Source of the DNA: an uncultured Verrucomicrobiae bacterium
Lineage (GTDB): Bacteria; Chlamydiota; Chlamydiia; Chlamydiales; Rhabdochlamydiaceae
Direction of reading: 5' to 3'
Assembly (NCBI GenBank): GCA_963718565.1
Contig: OY970364.1
Coordinates: 1,600,001 to 1,664,000, forward strand
DNA length: 64,000 bases
Shown here piece by piece: positions 30,929 to 41,086 of the stretch. Every line of letters starts with the position of its first letter. Positions within the stretch are counted from its first letter, which is position 1. Made by a program: the position numbers and the translations under genes. The notes under the pieces are model-generated. The model was not told the DNA's origin. It worked only from the letters and a program-made list of their open reading frames with translations, and made no database searches.

Positions 30929-32035
30929 TTATTTAGCGTGATGAAAACAGGGAGGCTCGATCCGTTTACCAATGCGATATTTTAATCGATAATCTGCAAG
31001 CGAAAGCGCTGCGCGATGTGTGGAAAAATGGTTGTGATCGGCAATTTCATAAACCACCATCAGTTGATCATAGAGATGGTGAACTTTATCGCGCGACGCG
31101 GCAGGATTGTATCCATTGACCGCGAGCTCTTGCGTCACATTAATCAATCCACCTGCATTGATGACAAAATCGGGAGCATAGAGAATTCCTTTGGCAATAA
31201 GCTCATCCGCATCGGAGTCTTTGAGCAATTGATTGTTGGCGCATCCGGCAATCGCTTTACAATTTAGATGAGGAATCGTCTGTTCATTGATGATGCCACC
31301 AAGAGCGCAAGGAGCGAGTACATCGCACTCTTCGCTTAAGATATCCACAGTAGGAACAACTCTTGCCCCCGTAAATTCAGCAACGGCTCGACATTTTTCT
31401 GCATCAATATCAGAAACAATGAGTCGAGCGCCATTCCAAAAAAGCATTTTCGCAAGTTCGCAGCCAACACTTCCCAACCCCTGAATCGCAATCGTGCGAT
31501 TTTCTGGAGAGTCCGAACCTGTAACTTTTTTAAGAACAGACTGAATACCTCGATAAGTTCCCCAGGCTGTAAAAGGAGCGGGATTTCCGCTGCTTTTTAC
31601 ATGGGGCAAACCCACGACGTAAGGCGTCGTCTTGCTGATTTCGAGAACATCGTTAGGGGTACATCCAACATCTTCGGCACAGATATATTCTCCTTGCAAT
31701 CGATCCACAGCCTGGCCAAAAGCATAAAGCATTTCTTTTGTTTTGTTTTTCTTTGGATCGGCGATGATGACACTTTTTCCTCCGCCCCAACCCGATTCTG
31801 TTATCGCAGACTTATAGGTCATTCCCTTTGAAAGTCGCAAAACGTCATTAAGGGCGACCTCAAAAGCCCCATAGGGGTAAATTCTAGTCCCTCCGAGAGC
31901 GGGTCCCATCGTCGTATTGTGAATGCAAATAATTGCTTTCAATCCGGCTTCTTCATTCGTCACTTTAACAACTTTTTCGTACCCAGGGACAAAAATTTCC
32001 TCTAATTCTAGGGCCTGCTCTAAAACTAGTGTCAT
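30929..32035 (-). CDS. ldh: Leucine dehydrogenase (Glu/Leu/Phe/Val family)
   Basis: GPALGGTR, GGGKSVI, GLGSVG and INAGG; start at MTLVLE after the GGTGAGG SD. Confidence 0.9.
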   Translation of the reverse strand: MTLVLEQALELEEIFVPGYEKVVKVTNEEAGLKAIICIHNTTMGPALGGTRIYPYGAFEVALNDVLRLSKGMTYKSAITESGWGGGKSVIIADPKKNKTKEMLYAFGQAVDRLQGEYICAEDVGCTPNDVLEISKTTPYVVGLPHVKSSGNPAPFTAWGTYRGIQSVLKKVTGSDSPENRTIAIQGLGSVGCELAKMLFWNGARLIVSDIDAEKCRAVAEFTGARVVPTVDILSEECDVLAPCALGGIINEQTIPHLNCKAIAGCANNQLLKDSDADELIAKGILYAPDFVINAGGLINVTQELAVNGYNPAASRDKVHHLYDQLMVVYEIADHNHFSTHRAALSLADYRLKYRIGKRIEPPCFHHAK

Positions 32036-32261
32036 AACTTTCCTCACCGTAAAGGGCCTCACCGTAAAGGGTTGGCATTTCAAAAAACTCTTGGAAACGA
32101 AAACTAAGAATCGTATCAATTTCAGATATCTAAATCAACTCCAATTCCGGAGCCTTGAGTTTCGATTAACGCTTGAATATTAAACTAATCTGAGATACTC
32201 TTGCCTCTTCACTTAAAAAGTCATCTCTATTGAATAACCAAACCCATCATTAAGGGGAAAA

Positions 32262-33008
32262 ATGGCAGCGATTGAAATCTCGGAAACGCTTAAAGATGAA
32301 TTGCTTAAATTTTTAAAAAAAAGCAAAAAAGCAGATCTCATCACAACCTATCTCTTTTTTTTGGAAAAAAAATTTAATATCGACCCCGTCCTCTTCATTC
32401 GTGATAAAATGATTTTTCAAAGCGAGGACGAGTTAGTAGACAAGTTAGAGTCTCAGGGAAAGCTTTGGCGCGAGACAGAGATTAAGATCCAATACGGACA
32501 ACAAAGTGTCAATGAGCAAACAAAAAAAGTGTATATCTGTCCATTTACCGGCAAAGTTTTTGGCGACAATACTCACCCCAATCCGCAAGATGCCATTTAC
32601 GATTGGGTGTCAAAATGTCCAGAAAACAAGGAGCGTGTCGGAGGACTGAAGGCCAAGCGTTTTTTTGTCTCTGAAGATCTTGAAGTGATCAAAAACTACA
32701 TCGTCAAACGCAAAGAGCCAATCACAAAGATTGTTTATTCCTCTGCAGTTACAGGAAAACTATTCAACAGCAAGGAAGCCGTCCTCGACGATTTTGTCAA
32801 AAATCAACTGAAGCCAATTCCTTTAGAAGAAGTTCCTAATCAAAATCGTTTCCAAATCGAAGAAACCTTTCTCGCCTTCATTCAAAAACAGCTTGAAGAA
32901 GGTAAAATCAATTCATTTGTAGAATCTTTATCACAATACGATGAATTCTCATCCTACATCGATCAGTGGCTGGAGGAGGTCAAAGAAGAGTCTGAAGATG
33001 AAGGGTAA
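32262..33008 (+). CDS. Conserved chlamydial hypothetical protein (DUF2709-like)
   Basis: YICPFTGKVF..N..PNPQDAIYDWVS.CPEN; position upstream of tsaE. Confidence 0.7.
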   Translation: MAAIEISETLKDELLKFLKKSKKADLITTYLFFLEKKFNIDPVLFIRDKMIFQSEDELVDKLESQGKLWRETEIKIQYGQQSVNEQTKKVYICPFTGKVFGDNTHPNPQDAIYDWVSKCPENKERVGGLKAKRFFVSEDLEVIKNYIVKRKEPITKIVYSSAVTGKLFNSKEAVLDDFVKNQLKPIPLEEVPNQNRFQIEETFLAFIQKQLEEGKINSFVESLSQYDEFSSYIDQWLEEVKEESEDEG

Positions 33009-33032
33009 ACCTTTGGCCGTCTTTTTCAAGAT

Positions 33033-33683
33033 ATGTTATACCGCGCGCAGGAAGGTTTTGTGAATTTGGACTCAGCGAGGCAAAGCACAATCGAAGCTTG
33101 CGGTCCGAATGACGAAGCCATAGTGAAAACTATGGCTGCGGAGACACGAGAAGGTCTAGTAGACCTTCGCAGTGCAGAGCAGGTGAACGAAGCGAACGGG
33201 GAGGATCGATTGGGCAAAGCCGCAGCCAGTCCAAATTCACAAAACCTGACGGAGCGCGGTATATTTGCTAAACATACCACACACTCCCCCGAAGAAACTC
33301 ATCGTTTAGGAAAAGCCTTTGGCCAATCCCTAACTTCCGGTTCCATCATTGCTTTCTTTGGAGACCTCGGTGCAGGTAAAACGACTTTTATTCGCGGTCT
33401 TGTCGATGGGATCGGCTCAGTCGATATGAGAAACGTGTGCAGCCCAACGTTCACTCTCTTGAATATCTACAATGGGGACAAAATGGTATTTCATTTCGAT
33501 CTTTATCGACTCCCTAGAGAAGAAGAATTTTTTGCCGCTGGATTTGATGAATATTTTAAAGCTGGGGGCATTTGTTGCTTGGAATGGGCTGAAAAAATTA
33601 CCTCCTCGCTCCCTACTCATACTTTCAAGGTCATTTTTTCTCACCTCGGAGAAAAAACAAGACAAATTGAGATTTTAAAATGA
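33033..33683 (+). CDS. tsaE: tRNA threonylcarbamoyladenosine biosynthesis ATPase with a 75-aa repeat-encoded N-terminal insert
   Basis: GDLGAGKT, SPTF, HFDLYRL and EW motifs. Confidence 0.92.
   Translation: MLYRAQEGFVNLDSARQSTIEACGPNDEAIVKTMAAETREGLVDLRSAEQVNEANGEDRLGKAAASPNSQNLTERGIFAKHTTHSPEETHRLGKAFGQSLTSGSIIAFFGDLGAGKTTFIRGLVDGIGSVDMRNVCSPTFTLLNIYNGDKMVFHFDLYRLPREEEFFAAGFDEYFKAGGICCLEWAEKITSSLPTHTFKVIFSHLGEKTRQIEILK
33039..33261. mobile_element. Family G palindromic MITE inserted in frame in tsaE, TA TSD
   Basis: TACCGCGC..AGGTTTTGTGAATTTGGACT / AGTCCAAATTCACAAAACCT..GCGCGGTA ends; TA at 33037-33038 and 33262-33263; partial copy at 18909-18968. Confidence 0.92.
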
Positions 33684-34327
33684 AAAAAAAAGCTGCATTT
33701 ACCCAAGCGCAATTTATCGCCTCGGCATATTCACAGGATTGTTTTCCCAAAATAGTCACCCCCTCTGGCCATCTGATGCCGGAAATTGCCGTTGTAGGTC
33801 GCTCGAATGTCGGAAAATCTTCCTTAATTAATCATCTTCTTAAGAGCAAGCTAGCAAAAACTTCATCCGCTCCTGGCAAGACGCGATCGATTAATTTTTT
33901 CTCTGTCGATGAGCAGTTTGTCCTTGTCGACCTCCCTGGTTATGGTTACGCTAAGGCGCCCAAACAAGTCAAAGCCCAATGGGTGGATATCATTGATCAC
34001 TATTTGCAAAACCGCTCCACATTGCAATTGATCTTGTTCTTGCTCGATTCCCGACGCCAACCCTCAGAAGAGGACCTCGCTTTTGTCCAATGGGCATCGT
34101 TTCATCAAAAGTCTCAGCTCATCATTTTTACTAAAACAGACAAGACGAGCGAAATGGAAAAAAAGAAAAATACCTTGGCCGCATTGGATTCCCTAAAAAA
34201 AATTCAAAATTCAGCTTGCCCATGCTTTCTTCATTACTCAATTAAAGATCCGCACGCTAGAATAGAACTTATCCACAAAATTAATAATCTGTTATCTAAA
34301 GAGCGAGTTCAAAATGGGCCTAATTAA
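33680..34327 (+). CDS. engB: Ribosome biogenesis GTPase YihA/EngB
   Basis: GRSNVGKS, DLPGYG and TKTD. Confidence 0.95.
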   Translation: MKKKAAFTQAQFIASAYSQDCFPKIVTPSGHLMPEIAVVGRSNVGKSSLINHLLKSKLAKTSSAPGKTRSINFFSVDEQFVLVDLPGYGYAKAPKQVKAQWVDIIDHYLQNRSTLQLILFLLDSRRQPSEEDLAFVQWASFHQKSQLIIFTKTDKTSEMEKKKNTLAALDSLKKIQNSACPCFLHYSIKDPHARIELIHKINNLLSKERVQNGPN

Positions 34328-35063
34328 CAAAGATGTGTTCGTCTGTTTAGACTGCGAAACTACCGGGCTCGAAACCGATAAAGATCGCATTATCGAAATC
34401 GCGATGGTGCGATTTGACTTCGATCAAACAGTGGAATCGTTTGAAACGCTGATCGATCCTCAGATGCCTATTCCAGAAGTTTCCATTGCCATTCACCATA
34501 TCAATGATATCATGGTGAAAGGGAAACCGAAAATTCAGGAAATTCTTCCAAAGGTTTTTGAGTTTGTTGGGAAATCCATCCTTGTAGGGCATGGCATCCC
34601 TAACGATATCGCTTTTCTCTGCGCCGCTGCAAAACAACATCAGATCCCTTGCAAGCTCGCTTCGCATCCCTATTTGGACACTTTGCGGTTGGCCCGACTT
34701 TATGGCGAAAGCCCCATCAATTCTTTAGAAAAACTTCGCCAGCACTTCAACATTGCCGAAGAGGGAGCTCATCGCGCAATGAATGATGTGGTCGTGAACA
34801 TCGAAGTCTTCAAATATCTTGCCCGACGCTATAAAACGACAGAGCAAATCGTCAATCGACTTAAAAGCCCGATTCAGCTTAAAGCGATGCCTCTTGGAAA
34901 ACATAAGGGGCGTTTCTTTTCTGAAATTCCAGTGGAGTATTTACGCTGGGCTGTCAACCAGAACTTCGATCAAGATCTACTTTTCTCTTTGAAAACGGAA
35001 TTAAAAAAACGCAATAAAGGAATCCAATTCGGACAAGCAGCAAGTCCCTTTGCAAATCTTTAA
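34314..35063 (+). CDS. dnaQ: DEDDh exonuclease (DNA Pol III epsilon-like) with C-terminal MPLGKHKG domain
   Basis: DCETTG, HRAMND and MPLGKHKG. Confidence 0.85.
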   Translation: MGLINKDVFVCLDCETTGLETDKDRIIEIAMVRFDFDQTVESFETLIDPQMPIPEVSIAIHHINDIMVKGKPKIQEILPKVFEFVGKSILVGHGIPNDIAFLCAAAKQHQIPCKLASHPYLDTLRLARLYGESPINSLEKLRQHFNIAEEGAHRAMNDVVVNIEVFKYLARRYKTTEQIVNRLKSPIQLKAMPLGKHKGRFFSEIPVEYLRWAVNQNFDQDLLFSLKTELKKRNKGIQFGQAASPFANL

Positions 35064-35073
35064 GAGTGTGTTT

Positions 35074-36273
35074 GTGAAAAAATTGCAATTACAAGATTTA
35101 GATCCCCAAGGAAAAAAAGTCCTGGTTCGCGTTGATTTCAATGTTCCTTTAAGCAAGGATGGTTCGGTTGTTGACGATACTCGAATTAGAGAATCCCTAC
35201 CCACTATTCAATATATTTTAAAATCAGGCGGAAGCGCAATTTTGATGAGCCATTTGGGAAGGCCAAAGGGAACTCCTGATCCTCAATTTTCGCTAATTCC
35301 TTGCGCTAAAGCTCTTTCAAAATTGCTCGGAATACCCGTGCAAATGGCAGAAGATTGCATCGGCGAAAAAGTAGAAAAAATAGCGAGCGATTTGAAACCT
35401 GGGCAAGTTCTTCTCTTGGAAAATTTGCGTTTTCATCCCGCCGAAGAAAAACCTTCTATAGACCCCACTTTTGCAAAAAAGCTCGCACGTCTTGGCGATA
35501 TCTATGTCAACGACGCTTTTGGAACTGCGCATCGCATGCATGCTTCGACAGCGGCGATTGCACAGTATTTTCCAGGAAAATCCGCTGCAGGCTTTCTCAT
35601 GCTAAAAGAGATCCATTTTCTCAGCTCACTGCTAAATCCCAAGCGTCCTTTTTACGCCATTATTGGAGGAGCAAAAATTTCTACGAAAATGGGAGTGCTT
35701 AAGTCTCTCCTTTCAAAAACAGATGGTATTTTCATCGGCGGAGGTATGGCCTTTACATGCTACCTTGCCCAAGGGATCAAGATTGGAAACTCTATTCATG
35801 AAGACGACCAGATTCCAGTTGCCACTGAATTTCTAAAAGCATGCGATGAAAAAAAAATTCCTTGCTGGCTGCCTGAAGACTTGATCATTGCAGATGCCTT
35901 CCGCGATGATGCGCAAAGTCAGTGCATTACCGCCTCTCAGGGAATTCCTGATGGCTGGCAAGGGATGGACATTGGACCTGAAACAGTGGAAAAATGGAGC
36001 ACAATCTTAAAAAATGCGGAAACTATTTTTTGGAATGGCCCTCTTGGCGTGTTCGAATTCCCCCATTTTGCTAAAGGGACAGAGCAGATTGCTAAAGTAC
36101 TCTCATCTCTTAAGGCAATCACTGTGATTGGAGGCGGAGATTCTGTCGCTGCGGTTCATCAACTGGGGTTGATCTCATCATTTACCCATGTATCGACCGG
36201 TGGGGGAGCTTCATTAGAGTTTATTGAATACGGCCATCTTCCCGGCATCGAAGCTTTGACCGGAGTTAACTAG
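35074..36273 (+). CDS. pgk: Phosphoglycerate kinase
   Basis: RVDFNVP, SHLGRP and HVSTGGGASLE. Confidence 0.97.
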   Translation: MKKLQLQDLDPQGKKVLVRVDFNVPLSKDGSVVDDTRIRESLPTIQYILKSGGSAILMSHLGRPKGTPDPQFSLIPCAKALSKLLGIPVQMAEDCIGEKVEKIASDLKPGQVLLLENLRFHPAEEKPSIDPTFAKKLARLGDIYVNDAFGTAHRMHASTAAIAQYFPGKSAAGFLMLKEIHFLSSLLNPKRPFYAIIGGAKISTKMGVLKSLLSKTDGIFIGGGMAFTCYLAQGIKIGNSIHEDDQIPVATEFLKACDEKKIPCWLPEDLIIADAFRDDAQSQCITASQGIPDGWQGMDIGPETVEKWSTILKNAETIFWNGPLGVFEFPHFAKGTEQIAKVLSSLKAITVIGGGDSVAAVHQLGLISSFTHVSTGGGASLEFIEYGHLPGIEALTGVN

Positions 36274-36357
36274 TTTTAGATTGACAGAGCAGGCAATAGA
36301 TGCTGCAATCGAGGCCCATCGAATTAGGATTGTTACTCAATTTTGGGCGGAAACTGC

Positions 36358-36635
36358 TTCGCGATGGTATAGAAAGGGTTGTTAATGGTACGTCCTTAAA
36401 AACTCATGGCAAAAGTTGAAGACCATTTGGATCCATGCCTGATTGAGATCGATAAATGCAAAGCCTGGCATGGATCCAAATGACATTCAGTGCTTGCCAT
36501 AGGTTTTTGAGGACGTACTGTTAATGATTTATAACCTCCGCGGCTCTGCGTCTTTGCGTTGATCCCCTGCCGACTGTGTTCGTACAGGCGTTACAGGGGG
36601 CTAAAAGAACCAATTTTTGAAGTTTCTTCAGTGTA
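36358..36635. repeat. Family C repeat interrupted by a family A MITE
   Basis: Reverse-complement match to 41123-41261 once 36388-36526 is removed. Confidence 0.88.
36388..36518. mobile_element. Family A MITE, 131-bp form, 8-bp TSD TGTTAATG
   Basis: Same TIRs as 18978-19540; TSD at 36380-36387 and 36519-36526. Confidence 0.93.
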
Positions 36636-36662
36636 TGCGGCGAGGAGTTTTGCAATTCCCTC
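36634..36662. repeat. Family D right-end remnant
   Basis: TATGCGGCGAGGAGTTTTGCAATTCCCTC; matches 41515-41543. Confidence 0.8.
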
Positions 36663-36771
36663 TTTAAATTAATTTAGAAAGTGTCTTCAAATTAAAATGA
36701 TTTGAACACACTCTCTTATCAATTTGAGAAAAATTTAATTTTTAGTTTCAAATACATCGGCTGGTTAATCG

Positions 36772-36799
36772 TTGTCAAATAAGGTAAAACCGCTATAAT
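36772..36799 (+). promoter_or_regulatory. Probable sigma66/sigma70-type promoter of the nucleotide transporter
   Basis: TTGTCA-N16-TATAAT, 43 bp upstream of the ATG. Confidence 0.55.
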
Positions 36800-36842
36800 G
36801 GCCCCATCTTTTAAGAACTGCTCCATATAACCTAGGCGAGAT

Positions 36843-38420
36843 ATGTCTTCTGCGACAGGTTTTGGTAGAATCCGGGCTTTCCTTTGGCCGATCTACCGTC
36901 ATGAGCTGAAAAGGTTCGTTCCTTTACTCTTGATCTTCTTTCTCGTCGGATTTAACTACAGCCTTTTGCGCGGAACAAAGGATGCTCTTGTCGTTACCGC
37001 TCCTTCGTCTGGAGCAGAAGCATTGCCCTACTTGAAGGTCTGGGCGATTGTTCCGATGGCATTTCTTTTTACATTTATTTTTACACGCGTTTCAAACCGC
37101 CTATCCAGGGAAAAAATATTTTACGCGATGATGAGCATTTTCATCGCCTTTTTCTTGTTCTTCATGTTTGCCCTTTATCCCTTTCGAGATGCGCTTCACC
37201 CGCACTCTGTTTGCGATGAGATTCAAAAACTACTTCCTCAAGGTCTGCAGGGATTTGTCGCCATCTTTAGAAACTGGACCTTTACCCTGTTTTACATTAT
37301 GGCTGAGATGTGGAGCACGATCATCATGACTGTGCTAGCCTGGGGGTTTGCAAATGATGTGACAAGCGTTAACGATGCCAAACGCTATTATGGGCTTTTA
37401 GGAATTGGAATCAACCTTTCCGGGGTTGTCGCTGGATCTGTCGCCACTTCGATGTCGCAAAACACATTCTACCCAGGCCTGCCCTTTGGAGCGACTGCTT
37501 GGGACCAGACAGTGTTCCTCTTATGTAGTATTTTTGTTCTCGCAGGTGGCTTATGCATGGCCCTCTTTCGCTATATCCATACCCAAGGTCATGGTTACAA
37601 CGCTCCCTCCTATCACGCTCAAAATAAGGGTATGGAAGAAGTAAAAATGGGATTGCGTAAAAATTTTGCTTATTTAGCCAAGTCCAAATATTTGATCTGC
37701 ATCGCGGTCATCGTCGTCATGTACAATATCGCGATTAATCTTGTTGAAGTTGTCTGGAAAGACCAGGTCAAACAACTTTACCCCAACCCTTCGGATTTCA
37801 ATGCCTATATGGGACAAGTTTTAACTTGGATCGGTATTGTAGCAACCATCATCAGCGTATTCATTTCCAGTACGATTATTCGTAAATTCAGCTGGACAAC
37901 AAACGCTCTCATCTCGCCGATGATCCTGCTGACAACCGGCATTGCCTTCTTTTTCTTCTTCTTTTTCAAAGACTCTAGTTTTGCCTCCTTTGCTTCCTGG
38001 TTTGGCACAACCCCACTTGCCCTATGCGTCTTTTTTGGGTCCTTGCAAAATTGTCTTGCCCGCGCCTCTAAATATACTCTTTTTGATGCCACCAAAGAAC
38101 TTGCCTTCATTCCTCTGAGTAAAGAATGCAAATTAAAAGGAAAAGCAGCGATCGATGGTGTCGGATCCCGCATTGGAAAATCAGGCGGATCGCTCATCCA
38201 TACCAGCTTGCTCATGGTTTTTGGCACAGTTTCGCTCAGCACTCCCTATGTCGGCTTTCTGCTTTTATTCGTGATCGCGGCATGGACGACGGCTGCTTTT
38301 TCGCTTGGAAAACGCTTTAACGATCTCGTCTCTCATCAAGAAACTCTTAAAGATCCCGACGAAGAGCAAGAACCTGTTCTTCAGCCAGTGATGGCCGACT
38401 CTTCCGCTATACCGAAATGA
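36843..38420 (+). CDS. npt2: TLC/Npt family nucleotide transporter (Npt2-like)
   Basis: 12-TM pattern; KDALVV, NLVEVVWK and KGKAAIDGVGSRIGKSGGS; subtype assigned from recalled motif only. Confidence 0.8.
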   Translation: MSSATGFGRIRAFLWPIYRHELKRFVPLLLIFFLVGFNYSLLRGTKDALVVTAPSSGAEALPYLKVWAIVPMAFLFTFIFTRVSNRLSREKIFYAMMSIFIAFFLFFMFALYPFRDALHPHSVCDEIQKLLPQGLQGFVAIFRNWTFTLFYIMAEMWSTIIMTVLAWGFANDVTSVNDAKRYYGLLGIGINLSGVVAGSVATSMSQNTFYPGLPFGATAWDQTVFLLCSIFVLAGGLCMALFRYIHTQGHGYNAPSYHAQNKGMEEVKMGLRKNFAYLAKSKYLICIAVIVVMYNIAINLVEVVWKDQVKQLYPNPSDFNAYMGQVLTWIGIVATIISVFISSTIIRKFSWTTNALISPMILLTTGIAFFFFFFFKDSSFASFASWFGTTPLALCVFFGSLQNCLARASKYTLFDATKELAFIPLSKECKLKGKAAIDGVGSRIGKSGGSLIHTSLLMVFGTVSLSTPYVGFLLLFVIAAWTTAAFSLGKRFNDLVSHQETLKDPDEEQEPVLQPVMADSSAIPK

Positions 38421-38698
38421 ATTCAAGATTTGGAAATTTGGCAAGGCTGCGGATACTTTGAAAATGTCCAGTGGATATTTTCAAAGAGGAGCAGGTGAGC
38501 AAAGCGAACCGGCCCGGAGGGCGCCCTGAATTTGAGCCAGCATATGCGGCGCTGCTGCGGACACTTATCAAAAGAGCACGATTGCTCTTTTGTAAGAGAA
38601 GCAGGCACAACTTGAATAAGTTGTGCGATGCAGGCGGGCTCAAATACAGCGGCTGCCCGACGTAGCCAGAAACCAAATCCTGAGTTCATTTCGGTATA
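38408..38698. mobile_element. Family E MITE, long form with two extra hairpin modules, TA-flanked
   Basis: TATACCGAAATGAA...TTCATTTCGGTATA; second copy at 50118-50291. Confidence 0.92.
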
Positions 38699-38739
38699 AG
38701 TAATCAGATTAAATACGATGATATGTTATAAATAATATT

Positions 38740-39366
38740 ATGGAATACCTGACAGAAATCATTACTCGTCACGCCCATCATGCTCATTGGTATCTATTTA
38801 TTGCGATCATTCTAGCCGGATTTAATATTCCTTTTAGCGCGGATCTTCTCATATTGCTTGCAGCGATTTTAGCTGCGACAGTTGTCCCAGAGCACACATG
38901 GCTCCTTTTTTATAGTATTTTATTTGGCTGTTATTTTTCTGCGATGTGCGCATATTGGCTCGGCAGGTTAATTGGAACCGCGCTGAGCAAGAGAAAGTTT
39001 TTTTCAAAACTCCTCAGCGCTCACCGCCTCTCCAGGATTAAACAATTTTATGAGAAATATGGCCTTTGGACACTTGTCATTGGCCGGTTTATTCCATTTG
39101 GTGTGCGTAATTGCATCTTTATGTCTTCGGGAATGAGTAAACTGCACTTTGGAAAATTTGTTCTCATGGATGCCTTTGCCTGCATTCTTTGGTGCAGTAC
39201 ATGCTTCTATTTGTTCTTCGCCCTCGGTCAAAACTATGAGGCCATTTGGCATTATCTTAAGACCTTTAATCTGTTAATTTTCGCTGCTTTCAGTGTGACG
39301 GTAATTGGCATTATTTGGTATAAAAGTAGGAAGAAGATACGGAAGAAAAACCTATCAACAAATTAG
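38740..39366 (+). CDS. dedA: DedA-family membrane protein
   Basis: YWLGR, GRFIPFGVR and SGMSK. Confidence 0.9.
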   Translation: MEYLTEIITRHAHHAHWYLFIAIILAGFNIPFSADLLILLAAILAATVVPEHTWLLFYSILFGCYFSAMCAYWLGRLIGTALSKRKFFSKLLSAHRLSRIKQFYEKYGLWTLVIGRFIPFGVRNCIFMSSGMSKLHFGKFVLMDAFACILWCSTCFYLFFALGQNYEAIWHYLKTFNLLIFAAFSVTVIGIIWYKSRKKIRKKNLSTN

Positions 39367-39396
39367 TTTGATCATCTCATACAAATCGTTAGCAGA

Positions 39397-39936
39397 ATGT
39401 TAAGCTTACATAACAGTTTATCTTTTCTTAGAGCTCCGTTAGCTTTTTTGTTTTTGGTAGAAAACACGACATTTCGCATCATTGCCATTCTTTTAGCAAT
39501 GCTTACTGATAGCATTGATGGATACTTAGCGCGTCGTTGTAAGGCTGTGACACGTTTTGGGGCGATCCTTGATCCCGCAATGGACAAATTCTTTGTCTTT
39601 TTTGCACTTGTCGTTTTGTTCCTAGAAGGGAAAATGGAGTTGTGGCAAGCACTCGCAATGATCTCTCGTGATTTTTTTCTTCTTCTGTTTGGACTCTATC
39701 TTAGCCTTACCGGACATTGGGAAAGCTACCGTTTTACCTCTATACGTTGGGGCAAAGTCACAACAGCGCTCCAATTTCTCGTCCTAATAGGGCTGACATT
39801 TGGTGTCTTTTTCCCAAGTTATCTCTATGGCATTTTCATTCTTTTTGGCATGCTTGCCTTTATTGAACTTTGGCAGATCAAGAGAAATTCTGCTCTCCCT
39901 CCGACCGCCAAAGCAGAAGATACCACTTCGAATTAA
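39397..39936 (+). CDS. pgsA: CDP-alcohol phosphatidyltransferase
   Basis: TDSIDGYLAR...GAILDPAMDK. Confidence 0.85.
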   Translation: MLSLHNSLSFLRAPLAFLFLVENTTFRIIAILLAMLTDSIDGYLARRCKAVTRFGAILDPAMDKFFVFFALVVLFLEGKMELWQALAMISRDFFLLLFGLYLSLTGHWESYRFTSIRWGKVTTALQFLVLIGLTFGVFFPSYLYGIFILFGMLAFIELWQIKRNSALPPTAKAEDTTSN

Positions 39937-41021
39937 AGCGGAGCCTTTGTGGCTAGTCTGCCTTGAATGGAAAGCATCGGTATCGGCATTTCTGCACCAG
40001 CCTCTATCAATTCTCTATAAATCAACATCAAAATCTCCTGTTTGACCGTCAGATATTTGTCGTATCGCGTCTGAAGCGTATAAATGTCGATGTATAAGTC
40101 TAGTGTGAATTGGTTGAGTCCGTTTAAAACAACAAGAACCGGCAAATGGGCATCGATGTCCGGGTGATTAGCAATGGCAATTTTGAGTTTGTCTACAAGT
40201 TCAGGAATGCGCAGAAAGTCCTCGTAACGTACACCGAACTTCTCTTCAATGCGGCGATGAGTCATCCGGGAGGCGTTTATCACTTGAGCATGTGAAAAAA
40301 TCGAATTAGGAAGATAAACAGACCTTTTTTCTTTGTCGCGCACCGTTGTCAAAGACCAACCAATCTCTTCAACACTCCCTTCAAGGTTCTGTTCAGGAAG
40401 AGAAATAGAATCCCCGATCATAAATGGTCGATTGATGTGCAGCATTAGACCGCTGCAAAAATTAGCAATGACATCTTTGCTTGCAAAACCAATTGCAGCT
40501 GCCCCGATGCCGCCAAATGCGATGAGCGGCCCAATGTTCAATCCCCAGATTTGAAGGACGATCATCAAAGAAATGACGACGATCATCATCGACAAAATTC
40601 TACCGGCAGCATACACAAAACCCGTATGGATTTTTTTGTGATGGTGCTCTTTGTTCAAAAAGTTTTTTTGAACGACACTTTTCCATCTTAGCAATACCCA
40701 AGCAAGGCAGAGGACAAATCCAGTACTGCGAAAGGCATTAATGTAATTCTCAAAAAAAGAAAAGTCAAATCGCCTTCCCAAAATTTCAATCACTAAGGTT
40801 CCCCCTAAAATCCATAATAAAATTTGAAAAGGCAGAAAGAGAACCTCATCGATCTTCTCTTTCCAATCATGCGACACCGAAAGAGAGCGATGCCGCACAT
40901 GCTTAACAATTTTTTTAAAGACAAAATTAACGGCAACTAAAACGAGAATACCAACGATAATTTCAAAAAACCAAAGCCTGTCACCCATGACAAGTTCAGA
41001 AGGAGAGCTGGAAGCATCCAT
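39933..41021 (-). CDS. mscS: MscS-family mechanosensitive channel
   Basis: GIGAAAIGFASKD..AN, RPFMIGD and LPNS; start at MDASS after a GGAGG SD. Confidence 0.9.
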   Translation of the reverse strand: MDASSSPSELVMGDRLWFFEIIVGILVLVAVNFVFKKIVKHVRHRSLSVSHDWKEKIDEVLFLPFQILLWILGGTLVIEILGRRFDFSFFENYINAFRSTGFVLCLAWVLLRWKSVVQKNFLNKEHHHKKIHTGFVYAAGRILSMMIVVISLMIVLQIWGLNIGPLIAFGGIGAAAIGFASKDVIANFCSGLMLHINRPFMIGDSISLPEQNLEGSVEEIGWSLTTVRDKEKRSVYLPNSIFSHAQVINASRMTHRRIEEKFGVRYEDFLRIPELVDKLKIAIANHPDIDAHLPVLVVLNGLNQFTLDLYIDIYTLQTRYDKYLTVKQEILMLIYRELIEAGAEMPIPMLSIQGRLATKAPL

Positions 41022-41086
41022 TTTTTTCCTCCGTTTTACCCCAAGGATAAGCCAAAACTTAAAAAAGAAAAAGGGTGAATCAAAGT

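Noticed and set aside
38407..38689. ORFs 38407-38676, 38423-38689 and 38471-38665, and the similar 50133-50555
   Set aside because: They lie within or run into family E repeats; their similarity is due to the repeat.
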